The notes below the pieces were generated by a model. That model ran no database searches, was not told where the DNA came from, and saw nothing but the letters and a program-made list of their open reading frames with translations. Positions 1 to 11,376 of a stretch of 64,000 bases of DNA are shown here, piece after piece (positions within the stretch are counted from its first letter, which is position 1; each line of letters opens with the position of its first letter). The DNA is from Haliotis rufescens (Eukaryota). The translations under genes were made by a program, and so were the position numbers. Location of the stretch: positions 1,922,001 to 1,986,000 of the forward strand of contig NW_025963868.1 of the NCBI RefSeq assembly GCF_023055435.1, read 5' to 3'.

Positions 1-843
1 ATACAATGTTTATTCCTCATGTTGTTGTGTACAGAGCTAAACATTGGGGAAGGGGGAGATAATCTGAAAAATAACTTACATAGTTGTCTCCCTTGTCTTA
101 AAGCTGCCTATGTCACAGGTTATGCAAAAAATGCTTTCCCATAGATGTTTATTGTGAGGTCATATACTTTTTTCAGTGAATAGGCATTCAACAGCCATTG
201 CATGTACAATCACGTCTCCACAGTCCGGTCTGACAACTCAAATTTGGGCAAGCTTAGCCAGTACCTTTTCAAAGTACAGGATGCTCAGCACATGAACCTT
301 AATTCCGCAGTGAATGTCACCTGCTTGAAAATATCCATGGTCACAAACAGCATCAGTCCTAATGCTGAAAAAAAAGCACTAATTATAGAAAAACATGGTC
401 AAATTGAATTAGTGGAAGGATATACATTTAGAAAACAAAAAAATCTTACACAATATCAACCAACCAAGGCTGCCAGATTTCTCAATCTAAATTTGATCTC
501 TCCCACAGCAGCTGGCCGAATGACTGATTTTGATTAGGTTTAGTAGAACCTACAGGTTAGGCCTGCTGCTTTCATAGTGAAGATTGAGCACGCAGTGGGC
601 ATCCGGGACAGGAAAAAGAACTGAAGTTTAACAAAATTTGCTTTGTTTCTAAGAAACTACATATATGATATATGATAGCATCCTCTAGCCTTTTCATCAA
701 AGTCTTGTTTACACCCTTGCCATATTAAGCCCACTTTCCTGTGCTAAATATGATTGGACTATCACACTTATCCATAGTTCAATCCAAACGTTTCCCAAAA
801 TGAACATACACGACTGGTACACCTTCGTATGAAAGTGACTTAC

Positions 844-1000
844 CGCTGCTGGTCTTTGTTCACACAAATATGTCCTTTTCATCTTTTAAACCCCCCTACA
901 ATTGCCTATGTCTTTGTGTCAGGGATGAAATCACGAATGTTTTTGTCATCTGATCGTCTAGGTCGTTGCTTTGGTAGTCGCCATCTGTGAAGCTATACGA
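844..1000 (-). promoter_or_regulatory. Probable promoter/non-coding first exon of a minus-strand gene running off the left edge
   Basis: Minus-strand donor GCG|GTAAGT at 838-843, YY1-like CAGATGGCG at about 978-987, locally CpG-rich. No coding exon identified. Confidence 0.35.
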
Positions 1001-1623
1001 GATAAGAACAGCGATCTGATTGGATATCACGTTTTCATTACAAGGGGCACAACTCGTGATCTACACGAGGTGGCTCCACGGTCGAGCCAAGAAAAGAGCC
1101 AAGAATAGAAACTAGGCTTTGATATAGGCTAGTTGACACGCTTGCCTTGAGAAGAAGAAATTTGCCAAGTGCATATGTTTTCAAATGTTTTCAAATTTGT
1201 CTATATGTTCTACTACACCAAATCAGAATCAGTTGTTCCGCCTGCTCCTCTTGTTTGAGCAGTTTGAGTGTGCAGTGAGATATCTTGCAGCCGTCACTGG
1301 ATGATATTGTAAGTTCATCAACGTACATCCACCCAGTAATTAAAACTGTCCATCTTTTCAGTATTTAGTACTGTCCTTTTAACAAGATGACATATCCTGA
1401 ATGTGACAACAGATATTTTCAAGCAGGTGACAATTTTGGTGCGGAACTGGTGTCAGTGCGTTTAGCTTCCTGTACTTGGAAAAGGAACTGGCTTAGCTTG
1501 GCAAAATTCGAGCTTTTATTGTAGATTTAAGGCCATACTGAGCATACTTGTACACATAATGGCTGTTGAATGGCTAGTTAAAAAATATGTAATGTCACTT
1601 TAGAAGTCTATCATGGGAAAAAA

Positions 1624-1886
1624 CACCTCCGTGGTCTAGTGGTAGAGCGTCCGCCTGGAGAGCGGAAGGTCCGGGGTTCAATCCCCGACCACGTCATACC
1701 AAAAGATGTTAAAATATGGTACTTGTTGTTACCCTGTCTGGCTCTCGGCATTAAGGGGCTCAAACAAGACTGGTCGGCTCGGAGTCAGTTTTCTGTGTCT
1801 GAGTGGGGTATTCATGTTAAACTGCGGCATGGTATCTCAGTGAGCTAGCACTATAAATTGGCATCAGTCCGGAATAGTACAAGCAG

Positions 1887-1937
<51 letters not shown>

Positions 1938-2007
1938 TGCACGTTGCGATATAAGTGCAGTGATCTTGGATGCGACGTTAAACCCCATTTCACCTCACAT
2001 CACCTCA
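1624..2007 (+). mobile_element. tRNA-derived SINE, family 1 (about 370 bp, internal (CA)n, (CCTCA)n tail)
   Basis: A-box/B-box-like head (GTGGTCTAGTGG...GGTTCAATCCC), (CA)n at about 1888-1933. Other copies at 3109, 10291 and 58070. Confidence 0.85.
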
Positions 2008-2406
2008 TCATGAGAAAACGTTTGGTTGTGTGTGACCATTAGAGCTGTACAGTGGGGAAGGGGGAGGTAATCTGAAAAAAGCCTCACATAGTTGTCTCCC
2101 TTGTCTTCCTGATACCTCATGTTGTAAATATAATTAACATATGTTTGTTCCAAAATTTGTGAGTGAGTGAAACGTTTCTCTTTTTTTGTCAGTAAGAAAA
2201 ATCTTCCGATATTCATGCATACCGGTATTATATTTTTAATATATAGAAAACAATAATTATTTTCAATCCATATCAATATCTTCGACTGAAATGTTTTCTT
2301 GCTTACTGAAAAAAAACCCAACTATTTCTTAAGTTCCTGCAATGACGAATACAACTTGGAAATCACATATTTACATCAGTGTCACGATTCGGTATTTCCA
2401 GTATTA

Positions 2407-2750
2407 CCGTATTCGACGTAATAAGCGCCTAGGGTGCTCTCAAAATTAGAAATAGTGGGCTCTTATTAGAATATTATTTTGGTGAAAAAAACAGAGTTAA
2501 AAGATAAATTGCATGGTTTATGCTAACAGCCTGAAATGTTTATATACGAGAGATATATTTTTCCAAAATTTAATTTTCCATAATTAAGGGTGCATATAAC
2601 ACACGAGTGCGTATTATATGCGAAGAAATAAGTCTTGTGTACATTGATTGATCGGAAAGGGTGCTAATTGGGATTGTTCACAAGCCAATATCTTAGCAAA
2701 TAGCGCCATGGGCGCTTATAAGAGCGGGGCACTTGTTACATCAAATACGG
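2407..2750. mobile_element. Tc1/mariner(pogo)-type MITE, CCGTATT termini, TA TSD
   Basis: ta|CCGTATTCGACGTAATAAGCGCC...CAAATACGG|ta. Related copies at 11033-11376 and 25193-25390. Confidence 0.8.
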
Positions 2751-3108
2751 TAATCAAAATCTTAACACAATGCTTATGAGGCTTAGACACTTTTTGTGGT
2801 GATTTCTCTTTCAAATATTATATTACAAAAACTAATGGGGAAGAAATTTGTAAGTATTTATTGTGTAACAGGTTTGATGCCATCAGGTTCCCCCAAAGAC
2901 TTCCCCCCCCTTCCAACCATTCCCCTGAAGCAAACAAATCCAATCGATAAGATGAACAAATGTTTTCACATTCCTGTTTTAATACAGTATGCGTTACATA
3001 ATCAAACGCCTTATATCAACAATTTCTATAAACAGTAGAACAGGACTGCCATCTGACTTGATCAATGACTGGTATGCTTTAAGCATGTTAACTGTAGACT
3101 TTAACACA

Positions 3109-3434
3109 TGAGGTGAGGTGAAATTGGGTTTACCGTCGCGTCCAAGATTATTGCACTTATATATCGACGTGCATGTACGTGTGTGTGTTTGTGTGGCTGC
3201 TTGTACTAGTCCGGACTGATGCTGACTTATAGTGCTAGCTCACTGAGATACCATGTCGCAGTTTGACATGAATATCCCACTCAGACACAGTATACTGACT
3301 CCGAGCCGACCAGTCCTTGTTTTAGCCCCTTAATGCCGAGCGCCAGACAGGGTAACAACAAGTACCACCTGTTAACGTCTTTTGGTATGAGGCGGCTGGG
3401 GATCGAACCCCGGACCTTCCTCTCTCCGGGCGAA
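3109..3434 (-). mobile_element. SINE family 1, 5'-truncated
   Basis: Reverse complement of 1660-2000. Confidence 0.85.
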
Positions 3435-3889
3435 CAGACATTTTCGAAAAAAGTATTAGCCGGACATTACAACCCGAGACCGTATATCATAACAAAGGAT
3501 ACAAAATAAAGAGCTGCAACCAGACTGACATGTGTTTTTGTTGTTAATTAGTGTGTACACTACTTGTAAAAAATATTTCCGGATCCCTGAGTGACAATGG
3601 GAAAGATCTTTTAGGGTTCCCCGGAGATACTCAACCCCAACTTCATGGGCCCTTGTTAATAACAGGGGGTCAGTCCATGGGACCCATGGAAATTCAGGCA
3701 CTTTATATATATAATTCACCTACCTTCAGCTCTGTTGTATCTTGCAGTCCAAAAAACCAGGACAGTAAGCCAGCCAAAGAAGACACACACACACACAAAC
3801 ACTGTCAGCTTCTCCTTGGTGGGACAATAAGATGACTCATTGATGAATGCAAGGCTGACGAAACTAGGTAGGCCACTGAGCTTGTAACA

Positions 3890-5508
3890 TCAACTGTTGG
3901 GTATTCATAAATATATCTCTATGACATCACACACCTGTTGGGTATTTCTTGAATACCATCTCTCTGTAACATCACACATCTGTTGGTATTCCAATAATAC
4001 CATCACTATAACATCACACATCTGTTGGGTATTCCTAGAATACCATCTCACTGTAACATCACACATCTGTTGGGTATTCCTAGAATACCATCTCACTGTA
4101 ACATCACACATCTGTTGGGTATTCCTAGAATACCATCTCTGTAACATCACACACCTGGTGGGTATTCCTAGAATAACATCTCTGTAACATCACACGCCTG
4201 TTGGGTATTCCTAGAATACCATCTCTGTAACATCACACGCCTGTTGGGTATTCCTAGAATAACATCTCTGTAACATCACACACCTGGTGGGTATTCCTAG
4301 AATACCATCTCACTGTAACATCACACATCTGTTGGGTATTCCTAGAATACCATCTCACTGTATCATCACACATCTGTTGGGTATTCCTAGAATACCATCT
4401 CTGTAACATCACACACCTGGTGGGTATTCCTAGAATAACATCTCTGTAACATCACACGCCTGTTGGGTATTCCTAGAATACCATCTCTGTAACATCACAC
4501 GCCTGTTGGGAATTCCTAGAATAACATCTCTGTAACATCACACACCTGGTGGGTATTCCTAGAATACCATCTCACTGTAACATCACTCACCTGGTGGGTA
4601 TTCCTAGAATACCATCTCTGTAACATCACACACCTGGTGGGTATTCCTAGAATACCATCTCACTGTAACATCACACCTCTGTTGGGTATTCCTAGGATAT
4701 CATCTCTCTGTAACATCACACACCTGGTGGGTATTCCTAGAATACCATTTCACTGTAACATCACACATCTGCTTGGTATTCCTAGGATACCATCCCACTG
4801 TAACATCACACATCTGTTGGGTATTCCTAGAATACCATCTCTATAACATCACACATCTGGTTGGTATTCCTAGAATACCATCTCACTGTAACATCACACT
4901 TTTGTTGGGTATTCCTAGAATACCATCTCTGTAACATCACACATCTGTTGGTATTCCATGAATACCATCTCTGTAACATCACATATCTGTTGGGTATTCC
5001 TAGAATACCATCTCTGTAACATCGCACACCTGGTGGGTATTCCTAGAATACCATCTCTGTAACATCACACACCTGTTGGGTATTCCTAGAATACTATCTC
5101 TCTGCAACATCACACATCTGTTGGTATTCCAAGAATACTATCTCTTTAACGCCAAACACCTGTTGGGTACTCCTAGAATACCATCTCTCTGTAACATCAC
5201 ACTTTTGTTGGGTATTCCTAGAAAACCATCTCTGTAACATCACACATCTGTTGGTATTCCAAGAATACTATCTCTTTAACGCCACACAACTGTTGGGTAT
5301 TCCTAGAATACCATCTCTCTGTAACATCACACATCCGTTGGTATTCCAAGAATACCATCTCTTTAACGCCACACAACTGTTGGGTATTCCTTGAATACCA
5401 TCTCTCTGTAACATCACACATCTGTTGGTATTCCAAGAATACTATCTCTTTAACGCCACATACCTGTTGGGTATTCCTAGAATACCATCTCACTGTAACA
5501 TCACACAC
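3890..5508. repeat. Minisatellite, about 41-43 bp unit with internal palindrome GGTATTC-CTA-GAATACC
   Basis: Roughly 35-40 head-to-tail units of CTGTAACATCACACATCTGTTGGGTATTCCTAGAATACCATCT, no unique spacers. Confidence 0.95.
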
Positions 5509-5513
5509 TTACA

Positions 5514-5759
5514 TTGGGAACTAAAGAGTTTCCACTAAAGGTTGGACAACCAGTGTGGTTATATAATCCTGGGAAGAACCTCCCGTCCAGCAGGAAGTTC
5601 ATTACTCGCTGGAAGAAGGGATGGGTGGTCATCAAACAGATTGATGATGTGACTTACCGTATACAGGATGGTTCAAATAACTCACCTCGGGTTGTCAATG
5701 TTGACAGACTTCTGCCCTATGAGGGAGATGATCCTCCAACATGGTGGACTTCTCAGTAA
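5514..5759 (+). pseudogene. Gypsy integrase C-terminal (GPY/F, SH3-like) fragment
   Basis: LKVGQPVWLY...RKFITRWKKGWVVIKQIDDVTYRI...VVNVDRLLPY matches the typical Ty3/Gypsy pol C-terminus. The upstream pol is replaced by the minisatellite. Confidence 0.8.
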
Positions 5760-6183
5760 TTCTCACATACTGTTAGTGTACTGTTATTCCAAATGAATCT
5801 GAAAACAATTATATTTCACTTGTTTTCCTACATATTGTCAGAGCCCTTTATACTTTAGTTTCATGAAGATATGAATATTACGGTTGCATTGTGGATGCAA
5901 CAGATCAAAATGTGATCTAGAGAATGTCTTGCACAAAAGTTGAATGTTAAACAACATATCTTTTAAGTGGTAAAGATTTAAAATTTAGGCTTGATGTAAG
6001 CTTTCTAAACTATTTACTGGATATGGTTGGTTGGTATGGGATTCACTCTAGTTCTCACTGAGGAAGCTGATGATGGATCATGATTCCTAGGATGTATCTA
6101 GAATATAGAAAAGTGATAAGCACTGTTGAAGTTACAACATATCTCATGCAGGCGTTACTTACTCCTTATTTGCAGTCAGAAGG

Positions 6184-7005
6184 ATGGCTGACATTCTCAC
6201 CCTGGATGTTGATGAAGAGGAGATCAAGCAATGGGGATCGGTGCATCCAGAGGTGATGGAGGGGGCGCCAGGAATGAAATTTATTAAATTCATACCAAAT
6301 ATGGACTGCCCTGCCTGCCTTGACACTAAGACATTTGCATCGCGACGTGACTTTGAAGAACATTGGGCGCGAACGCATCACAGGGTGCATAAATCATTTG
6401 CTTGCCCTGTAAAGAAGTGTCAGGATTGTCGCTCTTCACTAAAAAGTTTAAAATACCATATTGCGCACAAGCATTTAAATTCAAATGTTATTACCTCTCA
6501 GGTTGATAAGCTTTGCGCAGATGTGACTGTTGAAGTGGAACGAAATGAAAATTTCGTTGACCCTGGGGTTTACTGTTTGTCCTGGCAGACATGGCGTCCC
6601 CGGGGCAAGAGGGCGGGTAAGAAGGGGAAATCAGCGAAAGCATCTTCCTCTTGCTCTGCCCTGTCTGTCCAAACGTCACAGACTGTCACAGAACCTAAGA
6701 AAGAAATTGATTCAGTTCCTCTCAAATGTTCACTCCCAAATATGCCATCTGTGTCCGATCTGCAGATGGAAATTGCAGCTCTCAGAGAGCGCAATACTGT
6801 GATGCAGCAGGCTCTTGCCGCTCGCCATGGGGCACACTGGCCTACCTGTCTGGATATTCCCACAAACAGGCCCCAGCTTGATGAATTTATCGCCAAGGGC
6901 TGGGAGGCAATGGCCGTGCTACAGTCTGCCGAGGGTAGGCGATTTCAGCAGCAGCTTGACCAGCTATGTATATTGTACGTATTAGATCAAATAAATGTTT
7001 CATAG
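6184..7005 (+). CDS. Retrotransposon accessory ORF with two C2H2-like fingers and a coiled coil; C-terminus truncated or chimeric
   Basis: 273 aa with CPAC..F..H..TH and CPVKKC..LKYHIAHKH. Preceded by acceptor CCTTATTTGCAG (to 6175). The last about 14 codons come from the LTR segment. Confidence 0.6.
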   Translation: MADILTLDVDEEEIKQWGSVHPEVMEGAPGMKFIKFIPNMDCPACLDTKTFASRRDFEEHWARTHHRVHKSFACPVKKCQDCRSSLKSLKYHIAHKHLNSNVITSQVDKLCADVTVEVERNENFVDPGVYCLSWQTWRPRGKRAGKKGKSAKASSSCSALSVQTSQTVTEPKKEIDSVPLKCSLPNMPSVSDLQMEIAALRERNTVMQQALAARHGAHWPTCLDIPTNRPQLDEFIAKGWEAMAVLQSAEGRRFQQQLDQLCILYVLDQINVS

Positions 7006-7873
7006 TAATATTTAACAGTTATAGTTAGCTCCAGTGATCGGCTCAAATAGTGGTCGCGAATTGGACAGTTGCGATGAGTTGTCTCCCTTGAAAAGAGCGA
7101 TAGTCGATAAAACTAACGCATACACACGGTCTCGAAAAGTATGTAAAATAGCGACGACCTCAAAGGCCCGCGATCTACTGGTGCTTACGTCATCAAAAGT
7201 TGGGTAGTTTATTCCGGAATTGTTTCATGCTCTAAATCCACTAAAGTAAATATATTTATTCCAAAATACTTACGTAAACACCTTCCTGGACATGTTATTG
7301 AGTAGATTACATCCATCCTAGATAATGTCACGTCGTATATTTGGTGTTTAATCGCATTCTTCTCGCTCTAACTTTTGGCGTCTTCTGCTACATGTATTTC
7401 CGGAAGTGACGTCACCACGAATATAATCTCGTTCCAGAAACAGCAGACTCAACGTAAGTTGTAGTTTTTGGTCCAGCGAGTTTTTAGAAATTTTATAATG
7501 ATTCCATAGACTCGTTTACAGTTTTTTAATAACAATTACCGTGCAGCATTATTGGCTCTGCCTTTGCGCATAGTAATTATTCTTTTTCGAGTAGATTAAA
7601 TACAATTTGTAGAAATTAATTATCTAGAATCTAACTGTCAAAACTGACAAGCGTTAAAAATAGAGTACGACTTGCAGTTAGTTCATGTACATATTGAAAT
7701 TGTAAATGTCATTATTAATAAGAACAACAACAAGTAAAGATTTCAATTGATTTTTATTATTTGTTATAGTTTTCTTTTACATCCGTTTTAACAATATCTC
7801 TTGGAAACTGACGGTTGGGATGGGACTGAAAACATCCTGACAACCACGTTTTCCCCACCCCCAACCCGTTACA
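6964..7873 (+). mobile_element. Partial LTR (3' end ...GTTACA) with ETS-CRE motif and splice donor
   Basis: High identity to the reverse complement of 62565-63375. CCGGAAGTGACGTCAC at 7400-7415 and GTAAGT at 7454-7459. Confidence 0.7.
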
Positions 7874-8254
7874 ACGCTCATGACGTCAATCACTGGATTG
7901 AGTGGTCGAGACTGAATTATTTACAGATCGCCGTCTCATAGCTGGAATACTGCAAAGGGCAGCATTAAACAAAAAACAAACAAACAAACAACCAAAACAG
8001 GCCATTTCAACCATGTCGTGGGAGTCATCACTTACCATATACCAAAGCTACTGAAAGGAGAATGTTCAAATACAAAACTATGTATATAATTTAGAAGTAC
8101 TCTCTTATAACACATCCATCCAGGACAGAACAAGTTGCTGACCCCGAGGGAACACATCCCATCAATGGCAACCCAGAAGCTGATTGAAGCATTCATAAAA
8201 TCAGTGTTACTTAAGCCCTCAGCATGTTTGCCAACTCTGTTCATGTTTGTTTTT

Positions 8255-8900
8255 GTTTGTTTGTTGTTTAACACCACACTCAGCAATATTCCAGCTATAT
8301 GACAGTGGTCTGTAAATAATCAAGTCTGCACCAGACAATTCAGCAGGCCTGACTGCCCGATCCCGTTGGTCGCCTCTTACGACAAGCATAGTCACCTTTC
8401 AAGGCAAGCATGGGTTGCTGAAGACCTATTCTACCCCGAATCTTCACTGGTGTTCATGTTTTGCATGCAGATTGAGAACAGTCACAGCAATCCCTGGCTT
8501 GCCTGTGATATGATTGGTTGGTTGGTTTGTTGTTTAACAGTCACAGCAATCCCTGGCTTGCCTGTGATATGATTGGTTGGTTGGTTTGTTGTAATAATTG
8601 CAGCTATATTGCAGCTATATGACAGCAGTCTGTAAATAGTCGAGTCTGGACCAGATAATTCAGTGATTAACATCATGAGCATCAATCCACACAATTGGGA
8701 TAAGATGACATTCATCAATCAAGTCAGCGAGCCTGACCACCCAATCCCGTTGGTCGCCTCTTACGACAAGCATAGTCGTCTTTTACGGCCAGCATGGGTC
8801 ACTAAAGACCTATTCTACCCCGGATCTTCACTGGTGTTCATGTTTTGCATGCAGATTGAGAACAGTCACAGCAATCCCTAGCTTGCCTGTGATATGAAGG
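8255..8900 (-). mobile_element. Two SINE family 3 (Nin-domain-like) copies inside a local tandem duplication
   Basis: Core GTCGCCTCTTACGACAAGCA. The flank CTGGTGTTCATGTTTTGCATGCAGATTGAGAACAGTCACAGCAATCCC follows both copies. Confidence 0.8.
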
Positions 8901-9204
8901 GTCATACATTACAGTCGAACCTCATTGAGTCGAATTCATGGGGACGGCAAATATGTTTTAGTTATCTGGGGTTCGGGACAAACAAATTGAACCTCCTAGA
9001 ATACCAATACATTCCACTGTCCCTGTACTAGCATGATTTTATCCACACATTTCGATTACACCATTTGGATAATGCTCACGAGAAAGACAAGATAATTCAA
9101 TAATATTCAGTTATCGTTTAATGAAGATGATTTTATCTTATAAACAATGAACAAAATTAACGGATGATTAGTGATGAAATACATTTGCAAGTCAGCACAT
9201 TCTG

Positions 9205-9512
9205 CATCAACATTTGAAACACATTCGCAAATCAGTAAATTGTCCATCAACATTTGAAACACATTCGCAAATCAGTGAATTGTCCATCAACATTTGAAAC
9301 ACATTCGCAAATCAGTAAATTTCCATCAACATTTGAAACACATTCGCAAATCAGTAAATTGTCCATCAACATTTGAAACACATTCTCAAAATCAGCAAAA
9401 TCTGCATCAATATTTGAAATACATTCTCAAATCAGTAAATTGTCCATCAACATTTGAAACACATTCTCAAAATCAGCAAAATCTGCATCAACATTTGAAA
9501 TACATTCTCAAA
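9205..9512. repeat. Minisatellite, about 40 bp unit
   Basis: About 8 units of CATCAACATTTGAAACACATTCGCAAATCAGTAAATTGTC. Confidence 0.9.
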
Positions 9513-9555
9513 TAAAATGTGACAAAATATGTAACTACCTCAGAGTATGTAACTA

Positions 9556-9952
9556 CGACAAGCTTAGTCGCCTCTAATGACAAGCCTAATGGCCTCTTAC
9601 GACAAGCCTAGTGGCCTCTAATGACAAGCCTAATCGCCTCTTACGACAAGCGTAGTCGCCTCTAATGACAAGCCAAATCGCCACTTACGACAAGCGTAGT
9701 CGCCTCTAATGACAAGCCTAATCGCCTCTTACGACAAGCGTAGTTGCCTCTAATGACAAGCCTAATCACCTCTTACGACAAGCGTAGTCGCCTCTAATGA
9801 CAAGCCTAATCGCCTCTTACGACAAGCCTAATCGCCTCTTACGACAAGCGTAGTCGCCTCTAATGACAAGCCTAATCACCTCTTACGACAAGCCTAATCG
9901 CCTTTTACGAACAGCATGGGTTGCTGAAACCAATTCTACCTCAATCTTCACG
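9556..9952 (-). repeat. About 23 bp minisatellite expanded inside a family 3 SINE
   Basis: Units GACAAGCCTAATCGCCTCTTAC run into the SINE sequence GCATGGGTTGCTGAA...TCTTCACGG. Confidence 0.85.
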
Positions 9953-10290
9953 GATCCTTATATCTAAAATACTTAATACGTTATGACTCTCTTATCATTT
10001 ACCATGCCTCGGGTGGGGATCCTCTATTAAAAGCAACCCATGCTGTTCGCAAGAGGCAACAAATGGATCGGGTGTCAGTTTCTGGGTTCATTACGTGTCA
10101 TTACACCCCATGGTGTGGATCGTTGTTCACAAATCAATCACTGGATTATTAAAAAGACTCTGGAATATTGCGAGGTGTAGCATTAAACAACAAAACACAA
10201 ACACAATCTGATAAAGTGTGGTCTCATATCTCGGAACCTCCAAACAAATCCCATGTTTTTAAATATGTACATATATTGACTGAATGATGG

Positions 10291-10647
10291 TGAGGTGAGG
10301 TGAAATGGTGTTTATCGTCGCGTCCAAGATTATTGCACTTATATAGCGATGTGCATGCACGTGTATGTGTGTGTGTCTGCTTGTACTAGTCCAGCCTGAT
10401 ACTGATTTATAGTGCTAGCCCACTGAGATACCATGCCGCAGTTTAACATGAATACCCTACTCAGACACAGTATACTGACTCCGAGCCGACCAGTCCTTGT
10501 TTTATTTAGCCCCTTAATGCCGAGCGCCAGATGGGGTAACAACAACTACCATCTTTTAACGTCTTTTGGTATGAGGCAGCTGGGGATCGAACCCTGGACC
10601 TTCCGCTCTCCGGGCGGACGCTCTGCCATTAGACCACAGAGGCGGTA
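10291..10647 (-). mobile_element. SINE family 1, full length, 13-bp TSD
   Basis: TSD GACTGAATGATGG at 10278-10290 and 10648-10660; intact tRNA-like head. Confidence 0.9.
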
Positions 10648-11032
10648 GACTGAATGATGGAATGTCCACAGAAAACAAACGTCATAAACACAACAAACCT
10701 CCCAGATACTGCCGCACTCAACATGCATTCAATACAGGTGGAGTCCATTGAACATCGTGCACATGTCCAGTTGTACACAAAAACCAAACATTCGTGATTT
10801 GAACAAAACTAATCACTGTAAATCGTGAAAAATGCGAGTAGTCTTCGCTCGCATTAACTAAACTTCGCACTAATGGCCCCCAAATGACTATCAACGATAA
10901 GGCAACCTCACTGCACAGCATTTTTGGGTAGGAGTCAGCAGTCATATTTATATGGAGAGGCATTAATTTCAAGATTTACAGTATCTATTTTGCAAGAACA
11001 TGGCTGACATGGTGTGGCATATCATCAATATA

Positions 11033-11376
11033 CCGTATTCCACGTAATAAGCACCCCTCTCAAATAAGCGCCCACGGCGATATTTGCTAATATATTGGCT
11101 AGTGAAAAATCCCAATTAGCACCCCTTCCGATTGATCAATGTACAAAAGACTTATTTATTCGCATATAATACGCACTCGTGTGTTATATGCACCCTTAAT
11201 TATGGGCAATTAAATTCTGGAAAAATATATCTGTCGCATAAAACAGTTCAGGCTGTCAGCATAAACCACGAAACTTATCTTTCAACTCTCTTTTTTTCAC
11301 CAAAACAATATTCTAATAAGAGCCCCCTATTTCTATAATACTGAGAGCGCCCTGGGCGCTTATTACGTCGAATACG
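11033..11376. mobile_element. CCGTATT MITE (inverted copy of 2407-2750)
   Basis: Same TIRs and internal sequence in opposite orientation. Confidence 0.8.

Larger units (their letters stand above)
5510..7873 (+). mobile_element. Decayed Gypsy-type LTR retrotransposon: integrase C-terminus, extra ORF, partial 3' LTR
   Basis: Integrase tail at 5514-5759, ORF at 6184-7005, and segment 6964-7873 ending ...CCCGTTACA that is repeated in inverted orientation at 62565-63375. Confidence 0.7.

Noticed and set aside
1624-1700. Functional tRNA genes at SINE heads (also 10575-10647, 11985-12058, 22215-22289)
   Set aside because: They are attached to SINE bodies, tails and TSDs, and lack a complete cloverleaf and terminator.
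21-2107. Direct repeat 21-100 / 2024-2107 with AGTTGTCTCCCTTG motif
   Set aside because: A short diverged repeat fragment with no TSD or boundaries, so no element could be defined.
3890-5508. CRISPR-like palindromic repeats
   Set aside because: Units are contiguous with no unique spacers, there are no cas genes, and the context is eukaryotic.
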